From Dehalococcoidia bacterium (lineage in GTDB: Bacteria > Chloroflexota > Dehalococcoidia > Lucifugimonadales > UBA2985), in NCBI GenBank assembly GCA_965219025.1, contig OZ244716.1:102726-166725 (forward strand): a stretch of 64,000 bases of DNA, in the 5' to 3' direction. The notes beneath the pieces were generated by a model. That model saw only the letters and a list, made by a program, of their open reading frames with translations, had not been told where the DNA came from and ran no database searches. The position numbers and the translations under genes are program-made. Position 1 is the stretch's first letter; each line of letters opens with the position of its first letter. Positions 9,919-18,972 of the stretch are shown here, in pieces.

Positions 9919-10647
9919 ATGGTTGATTCCCCCAACGGCAACCCCAAGCGTGTGATGATTGTGGTGGCCCATCCGGACGACGCGGACTTCATGGCCGCGG
10001 GCACTCTGGCGAAGTGGGCACGACAGGGCAGCGAGGTCTACTACGTGCTGTGCACCAGCGGTGACAAGGGCTCGTCCGACCCGGAGGTCAATCCAGCAGA
10101 GCTGGCCGCCACCCGCGAGCGGGAGCAGAGAGCGGCAGCGGGCGTGGTGGGAGCCAGGGACGTGGTATTCCTCCGGTACCCGGACGGCGCCCTCCAGAAC
10201 ACGCTGGAGCTGCGCCGGGACTTGGTGCGGGAGATTCGACGCTACCAGCCGGACGTTCTGCTGTGCCAGGACCCCACCAATCGATTCAGCGAGGGCTACG
10301 TCAACCACCCTGACCACCGCGCGGCCGGCGATACCGCCCTGGACGCCGTCTACCCGTCCGCCCGCGACTACCACGCCTACCCGGACCTGATCGAGGAAGG
10401 ACTGATGCCCCACAAGACGCTTGAGGTATACCTGGGGGGCTCCCCCACCACCTCAACCGTCTGGGTGGACATCTCGGACACGATCGACGTTAAGGTGGCA
10501 GCGCTTCGTGAGCATGCGTCGCAGGTGGGTGCGAACCCCGAACGCCTCGCGACCCTGGAGTCGAGGATCAAGGAGCGGGCCGCCGAGCTCGGAGCGCCCC
10601 ACGCGCTCACCTACGCTGAAGGCTTCCGCTACATACACCTGCGCTGA
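9919..10647 (+). CDS. PIG-L/LmbE-family deacetylase
   Basis: VAHPDDADF, REREQRAAA, HPDHRAAG, HASQV motifs. Confidence 0.93.
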   Translation: MVDSPNGNPKRVMIVVAHPDDADFMAAGTLAKWARQGSEVYYVLCTSGDKGSSDPEVNPAELAATREREQRAAAGVVGARDVVFLRYPDGALQNTLELRRDLVREIRRYQPDVLLCQDPTNRFSEGYVNHPDHRAAGDTALDAVYPSARDYHAYPDLIEEGLMPHKTLEVYLGGSPTTSTVWVDISDTIDVKVAALREHASQVGANPERLATLESRIKERAAELGAPHALTYAEGFRYIHLR

Positions 10648-10692
10648 ACGCGCCGCGCTCCGGGTAGCTTGACCGCAGACCGATAGCCTGCT

Positions 10693-12021
10693 CTACCGAG
10701 GCCGCAACTTCAAGCCGATCAGGAGCAGCGCGCCGGAGCAGTTCAACACCGCTAGCACCACGAATGCGAACTGGTACGACTGCGTAGTATCGTACATGAA
10801 GGCTGCAAACAGCGGGGCAAACACTACGCTTACGCTGCTGATGGGATCCATGAAGCCGGCCAGCCTGGAGAAGTTCTCCCGCCCGAACACCTCGGCCCGC
10901 AGCACTGTCATCAGAGTACCCCGCATGCCAAAGGACAGCCCGAACACGGTAGCAAAGACAACCACCTGAGCGAACGTGGTCGAAAACGTAAGGATCAGCA
11001 CGGCGATACTCTGAAGGACGAAGGCGGCAGCGGCCACCCTGCGCAGCCCCATCTTGTCGCCAAGGAAGCCACCTATCAGCCTGCCGGGCGCAGCCATGAT
11101 CAGCGTATAGGAAAGCAGGCTTGCCGCTGTAATCTCGCTGATACCGATGTCCACAATCGCCGGTATCTGGTGGACTCGCAGCGCGCCCCACGCCGTGATG
11201 CCCGCCGAGTGGGCCAGCGCCAGGAACCAGAAGTTGCCGCCCCGCAGGGCCTGACCGACGGTCATGGTCTCTTCGACTGGCGCCCCAGGTACCGTACGGG
11301 CGTCGCTCGCATCAGAGGTGGCAACGTAGGACGGATCATCGGCGCCGGGCTGGTCGCCGTCCGGCAGGTAGCCGTGCTCCTCGGGATTGTTCCGCATCAT
11401 CGCGGCCAGGGGCACACCAATGATGATTGTGAGAATGCCTACGAACATGGTTGCGGTGCGCCATCCATAGTCTTGGATGGACCACGCCCAGACGGGGACC
11501 AGGAGGGCGCCAATGCTCCCTCCAAGCTGGTATATCGCAATGACCCTGCCACGCCAGCGGAAGAACCAGTTGATCAGCACCGTGATGATAGGCAAGAAGC
11601 CGGCTACACTTTGCCCGAGCGTGATCATCAGGAAGGAGCCGTAGAACTGGTAGAGGCTAGTGGACATGCTCAGGAGCACGAAACCAGCCCCAAAGAACAC
11701 CCACCCCACCATCATGTAGCGGCGCGGCCCTATCCAGTGGATGAGATAGCCCTCGATGGGGCCTGTAACGCCTCCCTCGAGCCTGCTGAGGGAAAAGGCT
11801 AAGGTAATGGAGGTACGGGTCGCGGCAAGATCGCGTTCCAACGGCAGTACGAGGGCCTGCGCGCCCACGTTGAACACCGCCGATTGAATTGCGCTAGCAG
11901 TGGTCGCCGCCGCCACGATCCACCAGCCGTAGAACACGCCTAGACGCGACCGCGGGGTTTCTGTTTGAGTAGAGCCCTGTGCTCCGGTAGGATCGCTTTT
12001 ACTTGGAGGGTCCGAGTCCAA
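10693..12021 (-). CDS. MFS transporter (OFA-like)
   Basis: FYGWWIV start, about 12 hydrophobic segments, GFLGDKMGLRR motif A. Confidence 0.92.
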   Translation of the reverse strand: MDSDPPSKSDPTGAQGSTQTETPRSRLGVFYGWWIVAAATTASAIQSAVFNVGAQALVLPLERDLAATRTSITLAFSLSRLEGGVTGPIEGYLIHWIGPRRYMMVGWVFFGAGFVLLSMSTSLYQFYGSFLMITLGQSVAGFLPIITVLINWFFRWRGRVIAIYQLGGSIGALLVPVWAWSIQDYGWRTATMFVGILTIIIGVPLAAMMRNNPEEHGYLPDGDQPGADDPSYVATSDASDARTVPGAPVEETMTVGQALRGGNFWFLALAHSAGITAWGALRVHQIPAIVDIGISEITAASLLSYTLIMAAPGRLIGGFLGDKMGLRRVAAAAFVLQSIAVLILTFSTTFAQVVVFATVFGLSFGMRGTLMTVLRAEVFGRENFSRLAGFMDPISSVSVVFAPLFAAFMYDTTQSYQFAFVVLAVLNCSGALLLIGLKLRPR

Positions 12022-12164
12022 GGGTCCTTATACTCTCCTGATACAGTCCCCTGACCAAGGTTGCGGGGATCTTCGTAATGGCGCAACCGCAATTGCCGGC
12101 TGGCCCAATGACGGACACACAATATCACATTCGGGCAGTGCTGTCACGGCCGCAAGGCCCGCGT

Positions 12165-12211
12165 CTTGGCCCGCTCAACTGGTTCGACAAGCTCACCATG
12201 AGCGGGCCAAG
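12165..12211. repeat. REP-like hairpin with TTCGACAAGCTCA core
   Basis: 13-bp stem CTTGGCCCGCTCA/TGAGCGGGCCAAG enclosing TGGTTCGACAAGCTCACCA; same core inverted at 32260-32298. Confidence 0.75.
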
Positions 12212-12316
12212 GGAACCCTCACACCACGCCGCTCTCGGCCAGAACTGCCAGCTCGGCACGACCAGCGACCACTCCTGCCTGCGCAGGAGTCCATCCTCTC
12301 CGCGTATCCCGGACCA

Positions 12317-15001
12317 TCACACCACGCCGCTTTCCGCAAGCACCGCCAGCTCAGCCTTCGACAGCCCGAGCTCGCCGCAAAGCACCTCTTCGTTGTGCTC
12401 GCCCACCATCGGCGCTCGCCGGGAGATCTGCCACGGCGAGTCCTTCCATATACCAGCCGGTCCCGGGTGACGGAAGGTCTTCCCTATCTCCGGGTATGAG
12501 ACCTCCGCCCAAAAGTCCCGGTCCTCCAAGTGCGGGTCTTCCATGACCTCGTCCGGCGCGCGTACGGCGCCCATGTTGAAGCCCCGGCGCTGGCCGCCGT
12601 GGTAAGCCTCATCGCGGGTGATGCTGCCGAAGAAGCTGATCAACATGTCGTTGAGGTGGTCCTTGTTGTCGTTTATGACCGCCTGATCGCCGTACTTCTC
12701 GTCCATCAAGTCGCCCGCCATGCCGTATTCGTCCATCCACTTTGCCAGGACCTGCAACTGCTGCGGGCTGATCCGGTTGAGGATGCCGGCGTTGATGTAC
12801 TTGCCGTCGCTGCAGCGGTGCTGAGCCTTGGGCGACAGGTTGATGCCCCCGCCCCTTCCGGTTGTGCGAGCCGCCACGCGCCCGGTGTAGACGTAGAAGT
12901 TGATGTGACCTTCCGTAGTGAGCGCGCAGGCGTCATGCACCGAAGAATCGATGTACTGGCCGCAGCCGCTCGATGCGCGATGGCTGAGCGCGGCCATCAC
13001 CGCGATGGTCGCGAAGTGGCTCCCCATGTGCCACGCCTGGCCGCCGCTCGGCGCTATCGGAGGCGCACCAGGAACGTCGTCGTCGTCGTAGCCGCACTTG
13101 GCCATCTGACCTCCGGCGGCCAGGTGGTTGAGGTCGCTGCTCACGTAGTCCTTCCACGGCCCCGTCTGCCCGAAGTCCGTGAGAGAGCACATCACGAGGC
13201 CGGGGTTGTCCTGCTTCAGGTCGTCGTATCCGAGACCCAGCGAGGGCAGATAGCCGGGCCTGTAGCTCTCCAGGACCACGTCCGCTTCCGCCGCCATGCG
13301 CCGGAACAGCGCGCGGCCGTCCTCAGTCTCTATGTCCAGGGTAATGCCGCGCTTGGAGGTGTTGTAGTGCCAGAAGTAGAGGCTCCGCTCCCTGTTGGGC
13401 ATGTCCTCATAGAAGGGGCCAACCGAGCGCGTTGACTGACCGCCCGGCGGCTCGATCTTGATCACGTCCGCGCCCAGGTCCGCCATCAGCTTGCCGCACC
13501 ACTGCCCCTTCTCGTTGGCCAGCTCCAGGATGCGCAGCCCGGTGAACGGGCCGCCGGTTCCCGGCTCGCGCTCCGCCTGCGGCGGCGCGGCCTGCGACTC
13601 CGTCCCGTTGGTCATTCCGCACCACTGCACGGCGGAGGCATCCTCCATCATCTCGCGCAGGTACGGGTAGTCGTCCATGCTCAGATCGCGGGGCCAGAAC
13701 GTGCCGTCCTGGAAGCCGTTCACCAGCTCCTCGTGGTTAATCCCGAGCAGCCCCTCGTAGATCTCGCGGTTGTGCTGGCCGATCATCGGCCCAGGCCGGT
13801 GGTTGTACGCCGGCGTCTCCGACAGGTGGAACGGCGCGTTCTGCAGCGACCACTTCCCCAGCGCGGGGTGCTCGATCTCGCGGTACATCCGGCGGTGCCT
13901 CATCTGCAGGTCGCTGTCCACGCGGTCCCTGCCGTCCTGCACCGGCATGGAGTGGATGCCCGCAAGCTGGCAGCGGTGCATGATCTCGTACTTGCCAAGC
14001 GAATTCGTCCACGCCTGTATGCCCTCGTCAATCTCCTCCTGGTGTTCGAGCCGGCCCTGCAGCGTGGCGAACTTCTCGTCAGTGGCCCACGCGGGCGAAC
14101 CCATCACGCCGATCAGGCGGCGCCACTCGTCATCCGAGAAGCAGGCTATGGTGACCCAGTCGTTGTAGCCCCAGGGCCGCGTGCGATACGCGTTGTGGGG
14201 CGCCACCGTTGGGCCGCGGTAGTTGTTCACCAGAGGCGTGCCGGGCCAGTGGGCCCTGTTCCCCGCCGGGTAGCCCTCCCGCATTGTGGAGCGGCCGTTG
14301 GCCTGAATGTCAAGGAAGGCTGCGCCATTGAGCTGCACGCCGGTGATCCACTGCGACTTGTCGACGTGCTGGCCCCGTCCGGTCATCTGGCGATGGTAGA
14401 TTGCGCTGAGGGTCGTGATGACGCCGTACATGCCGCCCGTATCGTCCATGTAGGACCAGCCCCAGCCCGCCGGCTGCTCGCCCGGAAGGCCGGACAGGAA
14501 GGTCATGCCGGAAAGTGCCTGAGCTATCGGGCCCATCGTTTGGTAGTCGCGGTCGCGGCCCGTGTGGCCAAAGCCGGACATGGAGACGTAGATGATGTCC
14601 TCACGCAGCTTCTTCATCTCCTCGTAGCTGAGGCCCCACCTCTCGAGTACTCCGTACGCGAAGTTCTCGATAACGACATCGGAGACGGAGACAAGCCTCC
14701 GCACCAGGTCCTGGCCGCGAGGTGTGCGGGTGTTCAACGTGACGCTCAGCTTGTTGGCGTTGGTGTCGCTGAAGTGGCCGTCTGTGTTGAGGTTGGCGGG
14801 CAGGCCCGCGGGAGTTGAGCCGCCGCCTCCGGCGCCGCGCGTGCTCGGATTCTGCGGCCACTCCACCTTGACAACCTCCGCTCCCAGCGCGCCCAGCCAT
14901 CGCGTACACCACGGCCCGGCGCGAACCCACGTGAAGTCAAGCACTCGGATCCCATCTAGGGGTCTGGGGCCGGTCAGGGCTAGCGTTTCTGTCTGAATCA
15001 T
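12317..15001 (-). CDS. Double-domain class III (CaiB/BaiF) CoA-transferase
   Basis: N-half LDGIRVLDFTWVRAGP...WSYMDDTGG; C-half GLRILEL...LMADLGADVIKIEPPGG...NTSKRGITLD. Confidence 0.93.
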   Translation of the reverse strand: MIQTETLALTGPRPLDGIRVLDFTWVRAGPWCTRWLGALGAEVVKVEWPQNPSTRGAGGGGSTPAGLPANLNTDGHFSDTNANKLSVTLNTRTPRGQDLVRRLVSVSDVVIENFAYGVLERWGLSYEEMKKLREDIIYVSMSGFGHTGRDRDYQTMGPIAQALSGMTFLSGLPGEQPAGWGWSYMDDTGGMYGVITTLSAIYHRQMTGRGQHVDKSQWITGVQLNGAAFLDIQANGRSTMREGYPAGNRAHWPGTPLVNNYRGPTVAPHNAYRTRPWGYNDWVTIACFSDDEWRRLIGVMGSPAWATDEKFATLQGRLEHQEEIDEGIQAWTNSLGKYEIMHRCQLAGIHSMPVQDGRDRVDSDLQMRHRRMYREIEHPALGKWSLQNAPFHLSETPAYNHRPGPMIGQHNREIYEGLLGINHEELVNGFQDGTFWPRDLSMDDYPYLREMMEDASAVQWCGMTNGTESQAAPPQAEREPGTGGPFTGLRILELANEKGQWCGKLMADLGADVIKIEPPGGQSTRSVGPFYEDMPNRERSLYFWHYNTSKRGITLDIETEDGRALFRRMAAEADVVLESYRPGYLPSLGLGYDDLKQDNPGLVMCSLTDFGQTGPWKDYVSSDLNHLAAGGQMAKCGYDDDDVPGAPPIAPSGGQAWHMGSHFATIAVMAALSHRASSGCGQYIDSSVHDACALTTEGHINFYVYTGRVAARTTGRGGGINLSPKAQHRCSDGKYINAGILNRISPQQLQVLAKWMDEYGMAGDLMDEKYGDQAVINDNKDHLNDMLISFFGSITRDEAYHGGQRRGFNMGAVRAPDEVMEDPHLEDRDFWAEVSYPEIGKTFRHPGPAGIWKDSPWQISRRAPMVGEHNEEVLCGELGLSKAELAVLAESGVV

Positions 15002-15380
15002 TGCTCTCCTCCCGGGATGAATGACTGCGACACTGCGTGCTTCGAGCGGTCTGGGGTTGTACCGGATGGCGATCCGGTCTGCCAGGAAGTGGACTCACTC
15101 GGCATTGCCTGCTCCGTCGGAGATAGTGACGCACATGCGCCTGCCGTGCGCCGCTGGAACCGAAGTCTTCTGGCTCGGGGCAGGCCAGCTATGCGAGAGT
15201 ATACATCAGCCAACGTCTGCCTTCAAGTCTTGCGCTTGCGGGAGACCTCCCGCGAATCCGGCGCGGTTTCCGCCTTTCGACGTGCCATACTTGGCGCGAA
15301 ACGTCGCGCAGCTAGCGCGGATGCTTTTCGCTCAGGGTGAGGAGTGGACTTGTGGAGCTAAGGAAGGGGTCCTTAAGCGA

Positions 15381-15409
15381 AACGGGCGTCCCCGTTGGGG
15401 ACGCCCGTT
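15381..15409 (-). terminator. Probable intrinsic terminator of ftsZ copy 2
   Basis: Perfect 13-bp stem AACGGGCGTCCCC/GGGGACGCCCGTT with 3-nt loop, weak T-rich tail on the - strand. Confidence 0.7.
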
Positions 15410-15461
15410 CGATATGGGTTGCCGGTGGATGCCGGCCGCCCATAGGCGGCGTTGCCTCGGC

Positions 15462-16517
15462 CTACCTGCCTGGGCCCTTGCGCATGAAGCCTAAGCCTCG
15501 GTTGCCCTGCGGCTTGCTGTCCTTGAGGCCGGTCGCTATGAGGGTCAGCTTGACGCTGTCCTCCAGCTCATCGTCTATGGACATGCCGAAGAAGACGGTG
15601 GCGTTCTTTCGGACGGTGCTCGAGATCAGCTCGCCCGCGGCGTTCACCCCGCCAAGGCTGAGGTTATGCCCGCCCTTTACGGAGAAGAGCACGCCCTGCG
15701 CTCCCTTGATGGACATGTTGAGGAGCGGGTTGGCCATGGCCTGACGAGCGGCGTCCACCACGCCCAGCTTACCGTTTCCCCTGCCGATTGCCATCAGAGT
15801 CGACCCGGGGAACCCCATAACTGTGCGCACGTCCGCGAAGTCCACGTTGATCTCGCCGGGAACGTTGATCAGCTCGGACACGCTCAGGATTCCCTGAGTC
15901 ACCACCTCGTCGGCGGTCCTGAAGGCATCCATCATCTCCGCGTCGTGGCTCACGTATTTCAGCAGCCGGTCGTTGTGAATGACAATGAGGTTGTCCAGGA
16001 AGGGCCGGAGCCTATCCACGCCGGCCATTGCCTGACCAATTCTGCGGTTCCCCTCAAAGCTGAAGGGCGTGGTCACAACCCCGACCACCAGCGCGCCCAT
16101 GTCCTTGGCCACGGATGCTACGTAGGGAGCGGCCCCCGTACCCGTTCCGCCACCCATGCCGGTTGTGACGAACACAAGCTCCGCATTCTTGATGGAGTCC
16201 CTTATCTCCTTCTCCGACTCCTCAGCCGCGCGCTCGCCGACCTTGGAGTCGCCGCCGGCGCCCCAGCCGTGGGTCAGCTTGGGCCCTATCTGGACCAGGT
16301 CCGCGCCATTGGCCGTGGATTCCAGCGACTTGATGTCCGTATTGACCATCACGAACCGGACGCCGGGAATCCTGTTCTGCAGCATGCGCCGCACGCAGTT
16401 GCATCCGCCGCCTCCTATGCCAACTACCTTAATGCGCGCGGGCGCCCTTTCCCAAGACTGAGCTAGGGCGTCGCTGTTCTGGCTTGCTATGGCGCGAGCT
16501 TCGATTGTGTCTACCAT
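15462..16517 (-). CDS. ftsZ: FtsZ paralog (copy 2), short C-terminus
   Basis: [25 protein letters not shown]7 loop [21 protein letters not shown]; SD GGAGG. Confidence 0.95.
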   Translation of the reverse strand: MVDTIEARAIASQNSDALAQSWERAPARIKVVGIGGGGCNCVRRMLQNRIPGVRFVMVNTDIKSLESTANGADLVQIGPKLTHGWGAGGDSKVGERAAEESEKEIRDSIKNAELVFVTTGMGGGTGTGAAPYVASVAKDMGALVVGVVTTPFSFEGNRRIGQAMAGVDRLRPFLDNLIVIHNDRLLKYVSHDAEMMDAFRTADEVVTQGILSVSELINVPGEINVDFADVRTVMGFPGSTLMAIGRGNGKLGVVDAARQAMANPLLNMSIKGAQGVLFSVKGGHNLSLGGVNAAGELISSTVRKNATVFFGMSIDDELEDSVKLTLIATGLKDSKPQGNRGLGFMRKGPGR

Positions 16518-16621
16518 TAGATTCCTCCATGTTGTATCGCGCTCCGTCCATCAGGACAAAGCCTATCAAGGCCGGCCGGCGACTGGCAGCCGCACAACCG
16601 GCATGCTTCCGCCGCCTTGAT
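16517..16621 (-). CDS. Putative 34-aa Cys-rich micro-ORF with non-canonical ATC start, coupled to ftsZ2
   Basis: SD AAAGGAGG 5 nt before ATC; reads IKAAEACRLCGCQSPAGLDRLCPDGRSAIQHGGI; stop overlaps the ftsZ2 start (TAATG). Confidence 0.35.
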   Translation of the reverse strand: MKAAEACRLCGCQSPAGLDRLCPDGRSAIQHGGI

Positions 16622-16797
16622 CTAGCCCTCCTTTCCACCGCGCAGGCCGACAAAAGTCACCCCGGCGAGGGAAACCGGAAACCATCAGCTCAGTTGTATC
16701 GTGTAACCAACCTAGAAGTTCCGTGATTCATCTGTGTGGTTCATGCCGCTTCGGTGATACGATTGCGGACATATTGCGGTTCGAGTTGAATGATGGT

Positions 16798-16844
16798 ATG
16801 CTAGGACACGCACTGGAGCAAGTCAATGGTATCTTGCGTACCAT
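16798..16844 (-). promoter_or_regulatory. Sigma70-type promoter toward ftsZ2, with adjacent palindrome
   Basis: Minus strand TTGACT-17 nt-TAGCAT (16826-16798); inverted repeat ATGGTA-N7-TACCAT at 16826-16844. Confidence 0.55.
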
Positions 16845-16924
16845 ATCCAGACACATCGGAGAACCACACTGCACAAACACCGCGGTTCGCCGCATAACCC
16901 TTGTAACCGCAGGATACGATTCTT

Positions 16925-17677
16925 ATGGTTCAAACAAGCGAATCGTTGTTCCGGCCCTACGCCCCACCCGCCAATGTCCTCGCCTGCCTCCACAGGCTGA
17001 GGCGCATGAACATGCCCTCAGTCGTCACCCGCGACCTCCTGAAGTCCATCGGGATTTCTGAGAATATCGTCCCCAGGGTCTTCGCAACCCTGCGATTCCT
17101 GGACCTCGTTACGGACAGCTCAGAACCCACGGACGTGCTGCGAGGCCTGGCGGGCAGCACGGAAGACGAGTACCGGCAGCTGTTGGAGAAGACCGTACGC
17201 AGGGCATACGCAGATGAGTTCGAGAGGATAGACCCCAGCGTGGATACCCAGGAGCGCGTGATGAACGCGTTTCAGAGGTACATGCCCAGATCCCAGCACA
17301 ACCGCCAGGTCATGCTCTTTCTGGGCCTCTGCCGGGAGGCGTGGATTCCCACGTTGGACGTCCCAAGACGCCGCGGCATGCTCGGCAGACCGTCGTCTGC
17401 CAGTTCCGCGGGACGCCCGGCCCAGCCGCGCGCATCACAGACAGTTCGGATATCTTCCGGTACGCCGCCCGTGCTGCTGCAGCAGGCGGACGCGGGGATG
17501 CTCGAAGCTCCGATGCTGGGAATCACCCTGCTTGACGCTTCCCACATGCCGGAAGATGACTTCTGGGAGATCTGGAACTCCCTGGGCATCCTCTTCCTCA
17601 GACGGGCTCAGCGGGCATACCCATCGCCGATGCAGAGCGACGAGTCATCACAGGCGAAGGGAGTGGACGGCGCTTAG
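16925..17677 (+). CDS. DUF5343-like protein
   Basis: PYAPPANV...LRFLDLV...YRQLLEKTVRRAYADEF pattern, then a low-complexity linker and short C-terminal domain. Confidence 0.7.
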   Translation: MVQTSESLFRPYAPPANVLACLHRLRRMNMPSVVTRDLLKSIGISENIVPRVFATLRFLDLVTDSSEPTDVLRGLAGSTEDEYRQLLEKTVRRAYADEFERIDPSVDTQERVMNAFQRYMPRSQHNRQVMLFLGLCREAWIPTLDVPRRRGMLGRPSSASSAGRPAQPRASQTVRISSGTPPVLLQQADAGMLEAPMLGITLLDASHMPEDDFWEIWNSLGILFLRRAQRAYPSPMQSDESSQAKGVDGA

Positions 17678-17702
17678 GCGGCGGCGGGCGCCATGCCCTG
17701 CC

Positions 17703-18959
17703 CTATACCACTCCCGCTTCCGCGAGCACAACAAGGTCATCCCTGCTGAGGCCCAGCTCTCCGCAGAGGACTTCTTCGTTGTGCTCCCCAACCAGGGGCG
17801 CGCGACGGGAGATGCCCCACGGCGACTTGGGGTAGATGGACGACCCGCCGGGATAGGTGAAGCTCTCACCCAGCTCAGGGTGCTCCACCTCGACGAATAG
17901 CTCCCTGTCGTGCCAGTGCGGGTCCTCCACGGTATCCTCAGGCGAACGCACGGCCCCCAGCAGGAAGCCGCGCTCCTGGCCCTCGTGATAGGCCACCTCT
18001 GCCGGCACGCTGGCGAAGAAGCGCTCGACCATCTCCATGATGTGCGGCTGGTGCTCCTGGACTGCGCCCGGCTCCTGGTACTTTGGATCGTCAAGGTCGT
18101 GCTCCACGCCGTGCATGTCCATCCAGTCCGCCCACGTCTGGAGGCGGTCGGCCGTAAGGCGCAGGGCACCGAAGTTGATGTAGCGTCCGTCGCTGGTAGG
18201 GAACTGGGAGCGCGGGCTTGGCCCCACGGAGTGATGGCGGCCGGTGTTGCGTCGCACCACCTGCTTCGTGAACATGTAGATGGGCATGGCCCCCTCCGTG
18301 GTGAGCGCGCACGAGCTGTGCACTGAGGCGTCGATGTACTGGCCCTCGCCGGTCACGTCGCGCATGCACACCGCGGCCATGATTGCGATGTAGGCGTAAT
18401 GGCTGCCCATGTGCCACGCGTTGCCGCCGCCCGGCGCTATGGGAGGCGGGTCCGGCACGTCCTCTTCGTTGTAGCCGGACGAGGCCATCTGACCTCCCGC
18501 CGCCATGTGCACCAGGTCGGTGCCGCGATACTGGCTCCAGGGCCCCGTCTGCCCGAAAGGCGTCAGCGAGCACATGACCAGCCGCGGGTTCAGCCTCCTC
18601 AGGTCCTGGTACCCCAGGCCCAGCGAGGGCAGGTAGCCCGGCGTGTAGGTCTCAAGCAGAACGTCCGCGGTCGCCGCCAAGTCGCGGACTATGCGTCGCC
18701 CTTCCTCGGTTTCCAGGTTCAGCGTAACGCCCCGCTTGGACGTGTTGTAGTGCCAGAAGTGAAGGCTGCGATCGGCATGGGGCGCGTCCTGGTAGAACGG
18801 GCCTATCCGTCGCTCCGACGCCCCACCGGGCGGCTCCACCTTGATCACGTCGGCGCCGTGGTCTCCCATCAGCTTGCCGCACCACTCCCCTATCACGTCG
18901 GAGAGCTCCAGCACGCGAAGGTTCCCCAGGGGGCCGGACGAGAATCTCGTGTTCTCCAT
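17703..18959 (-). CDS. Class III CoA-transferase, BbsE-like subunit (no canonical catalytic Asp)
   Basis: GPLGNLRVLEL...GADVIKVEPPGG, GGGNAWHMGSHYA; homologous to the C-halves of the fused paralogs; SD AGGAGGAGG. Confidence 0.92.
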   Translation of the reverse strand: MENTRFSSGPLGNLRVLELSDVIGEWCGKLMGDHGADVIKVEPPGGASERRIGPFYQDAPHADRSLHFWHYNTSKRGVTLNLETEEGRRIVRDLAATADVLLETYTPGYLPSLGLGYQDLRRLNPRLVMCSLTPFGQTGPWSQYRGTDLVHMAAGGQMASSGYNEEDVPDPPPIAPGGGNAWHMGSHYAYIAIMAAVCMRDVTGEGQYIDASVHSSCALTTEGAMPIYMFTKQVVRRNTGRHHSVGPSPRSQFPTSDGRYINFGALRLTADRLQTWADWMDMHGVEHDLDDPKYQEPGAVQEHQPHIMEMVERFFASVPAEVAYHEGQERGFLLGAVRSPEDTVEDPHWHDRELFVEVEHPELGESFTYPGGSSIYPKSPWGISRRAPLVGEHNEEVLCGELGLSRDDLVVLAEAGVV

Positions 18960-18972
18960 GGCTTCCCTCCTC

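Noticed and set aside
15002-15210. Riboswitch upstream of the fused CoA-transferase
   Set aside because: Only a short hairpin (ACCGGAT..ATCCGGT) is visible and no known aptamer consensus; an Rfam/Infernal search would be needed.
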